Assembly (NCBI GenBank): GCA_964453605.1
Contig: CAYVOI010000001.1
Location: 484,095 to 548,094, forward strand
Length of the DNA: 64,000 nt
Direction: 5' to 3'
Source: an uncultured Gammaproteobacteria bacterium
GTDB taxonomy: Bacteria > Patescibacteriota > Patescibacteriia > Veblenbacterales > UBA10138
Positions 55,394 through 64,000 of this stretch are shown one piece after another. The position numbers and the translations under genes were made by a program. Position 1 is the first letter of the stretch, and each line of letters starts with the position of its first letter. The notes below the pieces were generated by a model, which was given only the letters and a program-made list of their open reading frames with translations, searched no databases and was not told the DNA's origin.

Positions 55394-56332
55394 TCAAGAG
55401 GGAAGTACCGAGCTAACCAGCCCTTGGTGCCCGCGCACAAAGTCGGAAGCGGTAAGCTCTGTGGCTCCTTCGAGCTGTAACCGGCTCACAACTAGTGCCC
55501 CTTGCCCACAGGTAATTTGAAGCCCGTCAGAATCTTGCGTTACGGTGCCAGGGTTACCGCTCTTTGTCTCAGCCACCTCGGTAGCTACCAACTTCAAGCG
55601 TTTACCTTGCCACGTAGTCCAAAGCCCTGGCCAAGGGGTAAAAGCTCGGCGCATACGGTCGAGCGTTTGGGCGGGTTTAGTGAAATCGGCTTGTCCGTCC
55701 TCACGTTCTACCATGGTAGTGAATGTGGCCTCGGCGTGGTCCTGGGGTGCCGGCTGCAGGCTACCACTGATGTACGGCGGAAGTGTTTCCTTAAGTAGGT
55801 CCATCGAACTCGAGGCGAGCCTAGTACTTAAAGTAAGTGCATCATCGGCTTCGGTAATAGGCAACGTACGCTGTGCCAGCAGGGGGCCATGGTCTACTTC
55901 GCTGTCCAAAACTATGAGGCTAACTCCGGTTTGGCTGTCGCCGTTTTTAAGAGCTGATTGTATCGGCGAGGGGCCACGGTACTTAGGCAGGAGCGACGGG
56001 TGCACGTTCACAATGCCTTTGGGGTAGAGGTCGAGAATGCTCAGGGGTACAATTTTGCCAAACGCAGCCAGCACTGCAAATGGCGTCTGGTATTGTTTAA
56101 GGCTTGCCTCAACCTCAGGCGGTCTCAAGCTAGCTACCTCTCGTAGGGGAAGTTGTAAAAATCCAGCCAATGTGCCGACCGGTGTAGGTGTGGTTTTTAA
56201 GCCACGGCTTGCGGGCTTTCCTTTAGTTGTTACTACCAGCTCAGGTGTAAACCCACTATCTACCAACCCCTGCAAAATGGTAGCCGAAAAGGCCGAGGTA
56301 CCGTAGTACACGAACGAGCTACTGAAGCCCAT
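55394..56332 (-). CDS. fmt: Methionyl-tRNA formyltransferase
   Basis: NVHPSLLPKYRGPSPIQ, GDSQTGVS, RAFTPWPG; adjacent to def. Confidence 0.93.
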   Translation of the reverse strand: MGFSSSFVYYGTSAFSATILQGLVDSGFTPELVVTTKGKPASRGLKTTPTPVGTLAGFLQLPLREVASLRPPEVEASLKQYQTPFAVLAAFGKIVPLSILDLYPKGIVNVHPSLLPKYRGPSPIQSALKNGDSQTGVSLIVLDSEVDHGPLLAQRTLPITEADDALTLSTRLASSSMDLLKETLPPYISGSLQPAPQDHAEATFTTMVEREDGQADFTKPAQTLDRMRRAFTPWPGLWTTWQGKRLKLVATEVAETKSGNPGTVTQDSDGLQITCGQGALVVSRLQLEGATELTASDFVRGHQGLVSSVLPS

Positions 56333-56801
56333 AGGTAGCGAGTAGCTCGGCCCCAGTGGTAATTTTTTTGGTGCGGTCGGTAAAGAGTACGCCGTTAACG
56401 TGGTCTACTTCGTGCTGGTACACACGAGCCTGCATACCATCGAGCCATTCCTGGTGCGGCTGGCCCTCAAGATCAGTGTAATCCGCTAGTACGCGCGCTG
56501 GCCGGCGCACAATGCCGTACACCCCAGGGATAGAGAGGCACCCCTCTTCAAAATCAGTTTTACGCCAGGAGGACTTTACCACGCGCGGGTTAAGGTATGC
56601 GGTCGGCCCACCTGGTGTGGCTATCACAATAAGCTGCAAGCTTTCGCCGACCTGCGGCGCTGCCAAGCCAATACCCTTGTAGTGTTCCATGGCCTCAAAC
56701 ATAGCATGGGCCAGTTCGCGCGTAGCCGCACTCGGTGGCACTTCGACCGCGCGAGCTTTGGCTCTGAGGATTGAGTTGGGTGCAACAATGAGGGGGAGCA
56801 T
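56319..56801 (-). CDS. def: Peptide deformylase
   Basis: GIGLAAPQVG, EGCLSIPG, QHEVDHVNG. Confidence 0.95.
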   Translation of the reverse strand: MLPLIVAPNSILRAKARAVEVPPSAATRELAHAMFEAMEHYKGIGLAAPQVGESLQLIVIATPGGPTAYLNPRVVKSSWRKTDFEEGCLSIPGVYGIVRRPARVLADYTDLEGQPHQEWLDGMQARVYQHEVDHVNGVLFTDRTKKITTGAELLATYGLQ

Positions 56802-56813
56802 AACGAAGTAAAA

Positions 56814-57212
56814 CTAAAAAACGTTGGCTTTGATCAGGGCTGGAATAATTTCATTCTCAGTCACAGCAATCATGGGGTAGGTTTTGCTAAGAAAATCATT
56901 CTTGCTAAACCATATTACCTTCTCAATTTCGTGGTCCGGTAAAGGATCACCACTAATAGTACACAGGTAAACCTTATTTTTATTCAGGTGCTCACCGTAG
57001 GGGGACTTACCAGTAAACTCGCCGAAATATGTAGCTGTTACCAAGATAACACCCAACTCTTCCTGCAGCTCCCTAGCCAAACACTCTTTATCAGATTCAC
57101 CAGGGAGGGGCTTGCCACCGGGTGTCCAGAGCTCATCATAGCCCTTACCTTTCTGCATGAGGAGCTGGCCGTCATGAACTATTATAGCTGCGATTCTTAT
57201 CTTAGTATCCAT
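56814..57212 (-). CDS. NUDIX hydrolase
   Basis: Nudix box GGKPLPGESDKECLARELQEELG. Confidence 0.85.
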   Translation of the reverse strand: MDTKIRIAAIIVHDGQLLMQKGKGYDELWTPGGKPLPGESDKECLARELQEELGVILVTATYFGEFTGKSPYGEHLNKNKVYLCTISGDPLPDHEIEKVIWFSKNDFLSKTYPMIAVTENEIIPALIKANVF

Positions 57213-57221
57213 ACCAAGAGC

Positions 57222-59069
57222 TTACCTTAAAATACTCCACGGGTGTCTGTCAATCAGTATACCATCAGGCAGCTTGGGCCACAGCGTCTCGGGGTTAAAG
57301 CCACGTTGGTACCGAAGCAGTAGATGGAAGCGGTAGCGACCTCGGACTTGGTGGTAGTAGTCAGGGTAGGGACCAGTGAATGTTGCGCCTTTGGGCAGCG
57401 CGCTCTCCAAGAGCCTGGCTACACCCTTGGCCTCAACGAGAGCAGCCTGCTCCTCTTTATGTTCCGATGTTAAACGTACCAACGACGTAAACGGTGGATA
57501 GTTGTACGCCTTACGCTCGGTAAGTTCAGCCTGGTAAAACTTAGGTAAGTTTTGCGACATGCTCTGCCATAGGTAGTGCTCAGGCCGCCAGGTTTGCACC
57601 ACCAAGCGCTTAGCCCCACACGTGGCCAAAAACCGCATAGTGGCAAAGGTATTTTCCGCCGCGCGATACTCGGGCAAGCTGAGCTCAGTGTCGGGTAAGA
57701 GCGCGGCCACGAACTCGAACGTAGAAAAATCTACATACCGCCAGGCCAAGCGGCTCCCAAGCACAATGTTGGCAGATGCAAGCTGTGGTGGCGCCTCGCT
57801 CAGCTCACCCTCCAGCACACTGAGCTTAACTCGTGGCCAGAGTTTTTTAAGCTCTTCAGCTGCCCGCTCGAGCCCTTGACCAAGGTAGGCCACGTTACTA
57901 CCACCGCACTCCGGGCAGGGGAGTGGCATGGCTTGGGTAACACCGCAGTGAAAACAGGTGAGCTTATTTACCTTAGCGCTCCATACCATCGGCCGCTTAC
58001 ACGTTGGGCAGGTGGGGGAGAAACCACAGTCGCGGCAAGTTACGGTTGTGGCCGAACCCCGACGATTGAGGTACAAAAACACCTTACCACCACGGTCTAG
58101 TGTTTGGGTAACGCGTTCCTGGAGCGCGTGCGAAACCACGCTGTAGTTACCCGCGCGCCGCTCTTCCGCCAAATCAACGAGCTCAAACGAAGCCGACGCA
58201 CGCGCGTTCAAAGCTTGCCACCGCGCAGCACCTGTTTCGGCCTCGTACCACAAACTGAGCGGTGGGGCAGGGGAGAGGTAGGCAAGTGAGGCTCCGTGTG
58301 CCGCTGCCAACCAGCGGGCAACTTCTAACCCATCGTAGCGCGGGTTTTGCTCAGCCTGCTTATAGCTCTCGTTCTCAGCGTAGTCCACCACTACACCACC
58401 TAAATGATTGAACGGCAGAAAGAGTGCTGCTCGCGTACCGACTACAACTTGTGCTTCACCACTCCTGACCGCTGCCCAAGCAAGTCGCTGTTCGGTGAGC
58501 TTAAGCTCGGCGCTGAAGGTAGCCACCCGGTAACCCTTAAGCCGCGACTGCCACACGCTGAGGTAATGTAATTCTGGCACAAGTAGGAGCACCTGCTGTT
58601 TACGCTTACACACGCGCTCTAAGAGTGCGAGCACGGCTTGCAAGTGCTGCACCGGACTGCCAAAGGTGATAACAACTGGTTTCACGGGTCGAGGTGGCGT
58701 AGCTCGTGTAGCCCCGGAGACTTGCTCTGGTACAAAGTTTCGATTGGGCAAAAAGGGTACGGCCAGGGTCAGCGCCTGGCCCCACGCCACACCGTAGTGG
58801 TGTGCTGTATGCTCAGTTACCTTAAGCTGTTGTGGTGTAACGTAGCGCGGAGCAAGCAGCCTACCCACGGGCTTAAGTTTGGCTGAGACACGGCTCTGTG
58901 CTTTGAGTTTCAGCACAATACCCTGAGCCAGGTTTCGCCGAAAGGAAACCTCGACCAAATCCCCAACACCCCAAACCCCACCTTCGGGGAGCTGATAATC
59001 AAACACATGCGCAGTGCGGGGCAGGCGCTTCAGGAGGGCTACCTCGGCTATGGTGAACCCCTGCGGCAT
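57222..59069 (-). CDS. priA: Primosomal protein N' with degenerate helicase motifs
   Basis: FDY, VLLLVPE, VVVGTRAALFLP, SYKQ..PRY, LNRRG, four CxxC, YPPF. Confidence 0.85.
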   Translation of the reverse strand: MPQGFTIAEVALLKRLPRTAHVFDYQLPEGGVWGVGDLVEVSFRRNLAQGIVLKLKAQSRVSAKLKPVGRLLAPRYVTPQQLKVTEHTAHHYGVAWGQALTLAVPFLPNRNFVPEQVSGATRATPPRPVKPVVITFGSPVQHLQAVLALLERVCKRKQQVLLLVPELHYLSVWQSRLKGYRVATFSAELKLTEQRLAWAAVRSGEAQVVVGTRAALFLPFNHLGGVVVDYAENESYKQAEQNPRYDGLEVARWLAAAHGASLAYLSPAPPLSLWYEAETGAARWQALNARASASFELVDLAEERRAGNYSVVSHALQERVTQTLDRGGKVFLYLNRRGSATTVTCRDCGFSPTCPTCKRPMVWSAKVNKLTCFHCGVTQAMPLPCPECGGSNVAYLGQGLERAAEELKKLWPRVKLSVLEGELSEAPPQLASANIVLGSRLAWRYVDFSTFEFVAALLPDTELSLPEYRAAENTFATMRFLATCGAKRLVVQTWRPEHYLWQSMSQNLPKFYQAELTERKAYNYPPFTSLVRLTSEHKEEQAALVEAKGVARLLESALPKGATFTGPYPDYYHQVRGRYRFHLLLRYQRGFNPETLWPKLPDGILIDRHPWSILR

Positions 59070-59075
59070 AACCAA

Positions 59076-59861
59076 CTACCGTAACGACACCTGGGCCACC
59101 AGTAAACCAACACCAACTGGAGCTTCATAGGAGTAGAGCTCTGTAGCGTGGTTAGTACCCTGGAACAAGCGGTAGAGAAAACAAGCCGGTGCTTGTAAGC
59201 ACTCGCGGGTCGTACGTCGGAGTGCAACATCGAGGTTCATCAACTTTTCCAACGAGCTCTCTTCGCACGCCACCTGGAAAAGCTGATCAAAAATTTTTGC
59301 TTCGGTGGTCGTAGCGGGTGTAGCGTGCGCTAGGTCCCCGGCCGCCAGCACTACCACACGCTCGCGGGCGGTAGCCATAGTTTCCTGGAGCACACCAGCT
59401 AACGTATTAAGCTCATCAAGCTTAAGCTCTTTGGGTAAGCGTAAACACACTAGTGGTTTAGTACTGAGAGGCTGACCCAGCGCCAGTGGTGGAATGGCAA
59501 AACTATAGGGGAGCGCTAGAGTAGACACGAGGGGCAAGGGGAAACGGGTTTCAATCTGCTCTTTCAGGTGATGGGTAAACCCTACCGCCCCCTTAAATGA
59601 ACCCGCGGTCACCAAGTCGCCTAGAGCGCTAAAATTATAGGGCAGGGTAGCCCCCTGGAGTAGAGCGTACCCTGGCTCCATGGCGCCGGCGTCAGCGTGA
59701 GCGGCTACCACCAGTAGGATGTCAGGGGTTAAACCGCGCACAAACTCTGCCAAGCGTGCCAGTGCCTCAGACGACTTTGCCGCGAGTTTGCGCGCTTCGG
59801 GAGTAAGCCCAGGGAGCAAGAGCGGGGAGTGGGGGAGAAGTGCACCACCAACAATAGGCAT
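59076..59861 (-). CDS. LigB/class III extradiol dioxygenase-like (MEMO/AmrB-like) protein
   Basis: PHSPLLLP, AAGDLAH, ECLQA, SYEAPVGVGLL. Confidence 0.65.
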   Translation of the reverse strand: MPIVGGALLPHSPLLLPGLTPEARKLAAKSSEALARLAEFVRGLTPDILLVVAAHADAGAMEPGYALLQGATLPYNFSALGDLVTAGSFKGAVGFTHHLKEQIETRFPLPLVSTLALPYSFAIPPLALGQPLSTKPLVCLRLPKELKLDELNTLAGVLQETMATARERVVVLAAGDLAHATPATTTEAKIFDQLFQVACEESSLEKLMNLDVALRRTTRECLQAPACFLYRLFQGTNHATELYSYEAPVGVGLLVAQVSLR

Positions 59862-59871
59862 AACGGTTCTG

Positions 59872-61266
59872 TTAAAAGCTTTCGTTAATAACCTGGCCTA
59901 CCTGGTGGAGCCCGAGGGCTGCCTCAGTGGTAGTCACCACGTTCTTGGGATCAAAGCCAAGCTCGGTCAGGGCCTCGGCTGAAACAAACGGCCGACGCTC
60001 GTGGTTGGAAATCAGGTACACGGTCCCGGGGTCTCCCTTACTACGCACCAGGTCACCCTCGCGGAACAGCACCGGGGAACCAGTAGTGTACTTGTCGAGC
60101 TCTTTAGCAGTCGCCTTGGTGGCGTGACGACCTGGGAAGTTACTCGCCAGTACCTCGCGCGACCAGATGGGATGCTTAGCCCCGTCCTGTATCCAGAATA
60201 CCCCACCAGTTTTGCGATCGCTAAGGAGAGTGCCCAAGGGGAAGACGCTCTTCACGGTAATAGGCTCACCTTCAGTATACGTGCCTAAATCCTCTTGCTT
60301 CACCTTCACAATTTCTGCTGGGTTCACGCCCACCCGCCGCAAGGCCTCGCGGCTAGCAAACCCCCTCAAGGTATCGCCAACCAACAGGTACACCGTACCC
60401 CGTGGGGAACGAAGGAACGAGTAGTTGGCAAACTTAATCGGGGTACCCTCGTCGTACTTCAAGAGTTCGGTACGGTTAACGTGCACTACGTCATCAGGGG
60501 AGCTACCACGAGACAACAACACGCTCATGTTCTGGAACTTACGCCGGAGGCCATTTTCAACCAGCCAGACGTCGCGGCTACTATCTTCACTGACAAGGGT
60601 ACCGTCGGGGTAGGCACGCGCAAAGTAACGGTTCCACACGGTCCACAGTACTTGGTTACCATGCAGATGTGGTGTGTAAGTGTAGGCAATAGCAGTCGCA
60701 AACGTAGCGGGGTTCACCAGCACACCGTCAACGAGGCCAGGGTACCCAGGCCCCAAGCCGCTCAGTGTTTTGCCATCCACCTGGAGACTGGGGAGGTAGT
60801 CTTGCCGAATACGGCGGGCCGCGTTGTAGACCTGGTTGTAGAACCCTTTGTAGCGCTGAATGGCGGGTGAATTTATATCACAGCCGTCACACACCGCGTA
60901 GCCGGTGGCCCAATCATAGTTGTATTGCGTAGGCAGTGGATCTTCCACTAGGCTCTGCTCTTTCTGCACGAGCGCCAAGAGAAATTTAGGGCTAATCTGG
61001 AAATCCTGAGCTGCGCTGTAGATGACGTTAGCCGCCGATAGCCTGGTTATGGGATCAAAGTAGTGCGCTAGCGTACTACCCTTGAGTTCCAGAAAAGCTT
61101 GAATTTGATCAAGTGACAACGACGTGTAGTCGAACAAATCACTGTCCGCCAGTACATAGTTGTAATCAAACGGCACTTGCGCTTGAGCTGCCAGTGGGCC
61201 AAACAAGTTGGCCAGTAACCCCACTGCTACCGACACAAAAAATAAGCGTTGTAGACGCTGATGCAT
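59872..61266 (-). CDS. Secreted protein: lysozyme-like(?) N-domain plus four ~60-aa repeats
   Basis: Signal peptide; ISPKFLLALVQKEQSL, WATGY, YTYTPH; repeats of form G.L......V(W/Y/F)(L/W)....R.F. Confidence 0.7.
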   Translation of the reverse strand: MHQRLQRLFFVSVAVGLLANLFGPLAAQAQVPFDYNYVLADSDLFDYTSLSLDQIQAFLELKGSTLAHYFDPITRLSAANVIYSAAQDFQISPKFLLALVQKEQSLVEDPLPTQYNYDWATGYAVCDGCDINSPAIQRYKGFYNQVYNAARRIRQDYLPSLQVDGKTLSGLGPGYPGLVDGVLVNPATFATAIAYTYTPHLHGNQVLWTVWNRYFARAYPDGTLVSEDSSRDVWLVENGLRRKFQNMSVLLSRGSSPDDVVHVNRTELLKYDEGTPIKFANYSFLRSPRGTVYLLVGDTLRGFASREALRRVGVNPAEIVKVKQEDLGTYTEGEPITVKSVFPLGTLLSDRKTGGVFWIQDGAKHPIWSREVLASNFPGRHATKATAKELDKYTTGSPVLFREGDLVRSKGDPGTVYLISNHERRPFVSAEALTELGFDPKNVVTTTEAALGLHQVGQVINESF

Positions 61267-61350
61267 TGATAGCATACTACCACATTTTTACACCCGCAGC
61301 AACCACCTGAGCTCATTCCAGCCAGCCCACCAGAGTGGTACAATTGTACT

Positions 61351-61881
61351 ATGCAATCAGCACAGCCTAAACTACGGCCCAACGTAGCCATGTGCGTTTT
61401 AAACCCACAAGGTGAAGTGCTCCTGGTGCGTCACCGCGAGCACTTTGTTGGGGCCTGGCAGTTCCCCCAGGGGGGCGTGGCGCCGCACACGACCTTAGAA
61501 CAGACGGTGCAGAAAGAGCTTAGAGAAGAACTGGGCCTCATTACCTTTCGGCTGTTAAGGCTACTAAAAAACGTTTACCAGTACCACTGGCCAGAACGTT
61601 TAGTAAAGTACGGGACCGACCTTGAAAAGCGTAACTACATAGGCCAGCTGCAGAGCCTAGCTATTATCCAAGTCCCCATTATCAGGCCAGTATTAAAACC
61701 AGACCCTCGTGAGGCAGTACAAACTAAGTGGGTACCCAGCGACACACTACTTAAAAACCTACACCACCTCAGACGTCCACTAGGCAAGCTGGCACTGCTC
61801 GAAATCAAGAAGCTGGCACTCCCACGGGTCGCTAAAGTCACGAAACAGAACCCACCAACTCGTCGTCATGCTATAGTATAG
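61351..61881 (+). CDS. NUDIX hydrolase, RppH-like
   Basis: RPNVAM, WQFPQGG, ELREELG, YIGQ. Confidence 0.75.
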   Translation: MQSAQPKLRPNVAMCVLNPQGEVLLVRHREHFVGAWQFPQGGVAPHTTLEQTVQKELREELGLITFRLLRLLKNVYQYHWPERLVKYGTDLEKRNYIGQLQSLAIIQVPIIRPVLKPDPREAVQTKWVPSDTLLKNLHHLRRPLGKLALLEIKKLALPRVAKVTKQNPPTRRHAIV

Positions 61882-61885
61882 TTCT

Positions 61886-63349
61886 ATGGTCAGGGTTCGT
61901 TTTGCACCATCTCCAACCGGCGAGCTCCACGTAGGTGGCGCCCGCACCGCACTCTACAACTACCTGTTTGCTAAACAACAGGGCGGTAAGTTTATTATAC
62001 GTATCGAGGACACCGACCAGGAGCGGTTTGTGCTTGGCAGCCTAGAACGGCTGCTGGCGGGTTTGAAGTGGCTCGGGCTCACCTGGGACGAGGGTCCAGA
62101 CGTGGGCGGCAGCTCAGGCCCCTACGTACAGTCACAGCGCCTAGAACACTACCAGAAGTACGCGGCGGAGTTAGTAGCTAAAGGCGCTGCCTACCACTGC
62201 TTCTGCACAAAAGAAAGGCTGGATATCTTACGGGAGCTGCAGCAGTCAGAGGGCAAACCAACCAAGTACGACCGCACCTGCCTTAAGCTCTCTCCAGACC
62301 AGGTGGCTGCCCAGCTGAAGCAAAACCTACCCCATACGGTGAGGCTTAAGGTGTCAGAGGGCGCGACCACCTTCCATGACGACATTAGAGGCGACATCAC
62401 GGTACCCAACGCCGACATCGACGACCAGGTGCTCTTAAAGTCCGACGGGTTCCCCACCTACCATTTGGCCTGTGTGGTCGACGACCACCTCATGGCCATA
62501 AGCCACGTTATCCGCGGTGAAGAGTGGCTACCCTCCACCCCCAAGCACGTGCTCTTGTACCAGGCGTTTGGTTGGCAACCCACCAAGTACACCCACCTGC
62601 CGAACGTGCTCAACGAGCGCAAGGCCAAGCTCTCCAAGCGTAAGGACGGCGAAGCAGTGTGGGTGCAAACTTATGAACGACAAGGCTACCTTCCGCAAGC
62701 GCTCCTGAACTTCTTAGCCCTCTTGGGTTGGCACCCGAAAGATGATCAAGAGCTCTTTACCTTAGACCAACTGGTGAAAGCGTTCGACCTGAGCCGCGTT
62801 CAAAAAGCTGGCGCCATCTTCAGCCGGCAAAAGCTTGATTGGTTTAACGCCGCCTACATTAAACGTCTTGAACCTAAAAAGCTTGACCGCGAACTGCAGC
62901 CTAGCTACCAGAGCCTAGACCTCTATAAGGCAAGTGGTGTACAGGATACTACTCGGCTTACCGCCATACTACAACCCCGTTTAGTAACCCTGAATGAGGC
63001 AGCCGACCTTGGCCAGTGGTTCTTTAAACCTGACGCTGAACTCAACGTCCCGAGCACAATGTTGATACCTAAAAATGGTAGTCATGAGAAAACCAAGGCC
63101 GCGCTCGAGGCGGTAGCTGGCGTGCTCACCGACCGAGTAGGGGAGTGGGAAGTGGAGGCGCTACGCTCCGCAGTAGAAATCCTGGTACGGCCAGGCACGT
63201 TTAGCCGTGGCGAGCTGCTGTGGCCACTCCGCGTGACCTTAACAGGCGAAGAGCAATCGCCGGACGTGTTTGAAGTCGCCTGGGCATTGGGCCGCGAACG
63301 CAGCCTCACGCGCCTGGCACAAGCACAAGCTACACTAGCCAACAGCTAA
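61886..63349 (+). CDS. gltX: Glutamyl-tRNA synthetase
   Basis: [40 protein letters not shown]. Confidence 0.96.
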   Translation: MVRVRFAPSPTGELHVGGARTALYNYLFAKQQGGKFIIRIEDTDQERFVLGSLERLLAGLKWLGLTWDEGPDVGGSSGPYVQSQRLEHYQKYAAELVAKGAAYHCFCTKERLDILRELQQSEGKPTKYDRTCLKLSPDQVAAQLKQNLPHTVRLKVSEGATTFHDDIRGDITVPNADIDDQVLLKSDGFPTYHLACVVDDHLMAISHVIRGEEWLPSTPKHVLLYQAFGWQPTKYTHLPNVLNERKAKLSKRKDGEAVWVQTYERQGYLPQALLNFLALLGWHPKDDQELFTLDQLVKAFDLSRVQKAGAIFSRQKLDWFNAAYIKRLEPKKLDRELQPSYQSLDLYKASGVQDTTRLTAILQPRLVTLNEAADLGQWFFKPDAELNVPSTMLIPKNGSHEKTKAALEAVAGVLTDRVGEWEVEALRSAVEILVRPGTFSRGELLWPLRVTLTGEEQSPDVFEVAWALGRERSLTRLAQAQATLANS

Positions 63350-63353
63350 ACGT

Positions 63354-64000
63354 ATGGGCAGCAGACGGCGCATAGTAGTACGCTTAGCTAGTCTTAGTAC
63401 TCTCCTCATAGTACTAGCACCTCTGCTCGGGTTAAGAGCGCAAACGATAAGCGAAATCAATGATCAAATTCGCTTGAAACAGCAGCACATCACTGAACTC
63501 AAGCAGCAGATAGACCAGTACCAGCGGGCTATAGTTCAAAAACAGGGCGACACCGCCACGCTCAAAAACCAGATTAACGTGCTGGACAACAAAATTGCCC
63601 AAGCTGAGCTCGACATTAAAGCCAACCAGCTGAAACTCGACACTACCACCCTGCAGGTCCAAGCGCTCACCCTAGACATTGCTGCGAAAGAGCGCGACCT
63701 CGCGACCAAACGGGCGCACGTAGCCGAGCTCATCCGCCAGCTCAACCGCGAAGACCAGCGGAGCCTCCTCGAGGTACTAGCGCTCAACTCCTCCCTGGGG
63801 CAGTTCTTTGAGCAGCTCTACTACCTCAGTGCCATACAGCAAGACCTGCAGCGTAACATTAACCAGGTTGAAAGTCTTAAAACAGAATTGGAACACCGCC
63901 AGGGTGACTTGGCTAGCTACCGCACGCAGCTCCTCACTGACAAAGATGCACTCACGAACTCCAGAGCGAACCTGACTGGCCAGCAGCAAACCAAGCAGGA
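63354..64000 (+). CDS. Secreted coiled-coil protein (CwlO/EnvC/M23-like), truncated by the window end
   Basis: Signal peptide MGSRRRIVVRLASLSTLLIVLAPLLGLRA then long heptad coiled coil; no stop seen before 64000. Confidence 0.65.
   Translation, partial: MGSRRRIVVRLASLSTLLIVLAPLLGLRAQTISEINDQIRLKQQHITELKQQIDQYQRAIVQKQGDTATLKNQINVLDNKIAQAELDIKANQLKLDTTTLQVQALTLDIAAKERDLATKRAHVAELIRQLNREDQRSLLEVLALNSSLGQFFEQLYYLSAIQQDLQRNINQVESLKTELEHRQGDLASYRTQLLTDKDALTNSRANLTGQQQTKQ

Noticed and set aside
59076-59861. Complete AmmeMemoRadiSam system linked to the islet radical SAM
   Set aside because: No AMMECR1 partner in the window; the radical SAM is about 38 kb away and is anSME/SPASM-like rather than AmrS-like.
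1-64000. Alternative genetic code (TGA=Gly as in Gracilibacteria/Absconditabacteria, or TAG recoding)
   Set aside because: Recognisable genes end at expected lengths on TGA (pterin dehydratase, holB, serS) and TAG (lepA, ftsE, frr); only one internal TAG was seen.
1-64000. CRISPR array, cas genes, rRNA, integrase or transposase
   Set aside because: No regularly spaced repeat-spacer array and no ORF with the relevant motifs was seen.

Overview
Gene-dense bacterial chromosome segment using genetic code 11. Gene content and style (TraD/VirD4-like ATPase, O-antigen-ligase-like proteins and GT2 clusters, lineage-type repeat proteins, few Shine-Dalgarno sites) suggest a Patescibacteria/CPR (Parcubacteria-like) genome; this is an inference. 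Core genes: lepA (3' part), ftsB-like, ftsEX, two mreB, holB, frr, rseP, dnaX, proS, mreBCD-mrdA, greA, lysS, serS, ddl, ftsQ-like, fmt, def, priA, gltX, plus four tRNAs (Thr-CGT, Gly-CCC, Gln-TTG, Gln-CTG). Most notable: (1) a ~5.7 kb integrase-less islet at tRNA-Gln(CTG), bounded by a 37-bp imperfect direct repeat, encoding a Cys-motif small protein, a radical SAM/SPASM-type enzyme, MTAP, an ABC-F protein and a kinase (candidate new RiPP-like system); (2) tRNA fragments repeatedly interrupted near the D-loop by GC-rich palindromes, including a nested 'Russian doll' around tRNA-Thr and a GIY-YIG nuclease cassette before tRNA-Gln(TTG); (3) a lysS-HD interval holding stacked accessory ORFs separated by diverged copies of the flanking genes' ends; (4) an orphan Pycsar-effector-like gene, an apparently ATPase-dead PriA, a possible 6S-like RNA and widespread leaderless-type promoter architecture. 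All calls are by eye; no database searches were run.
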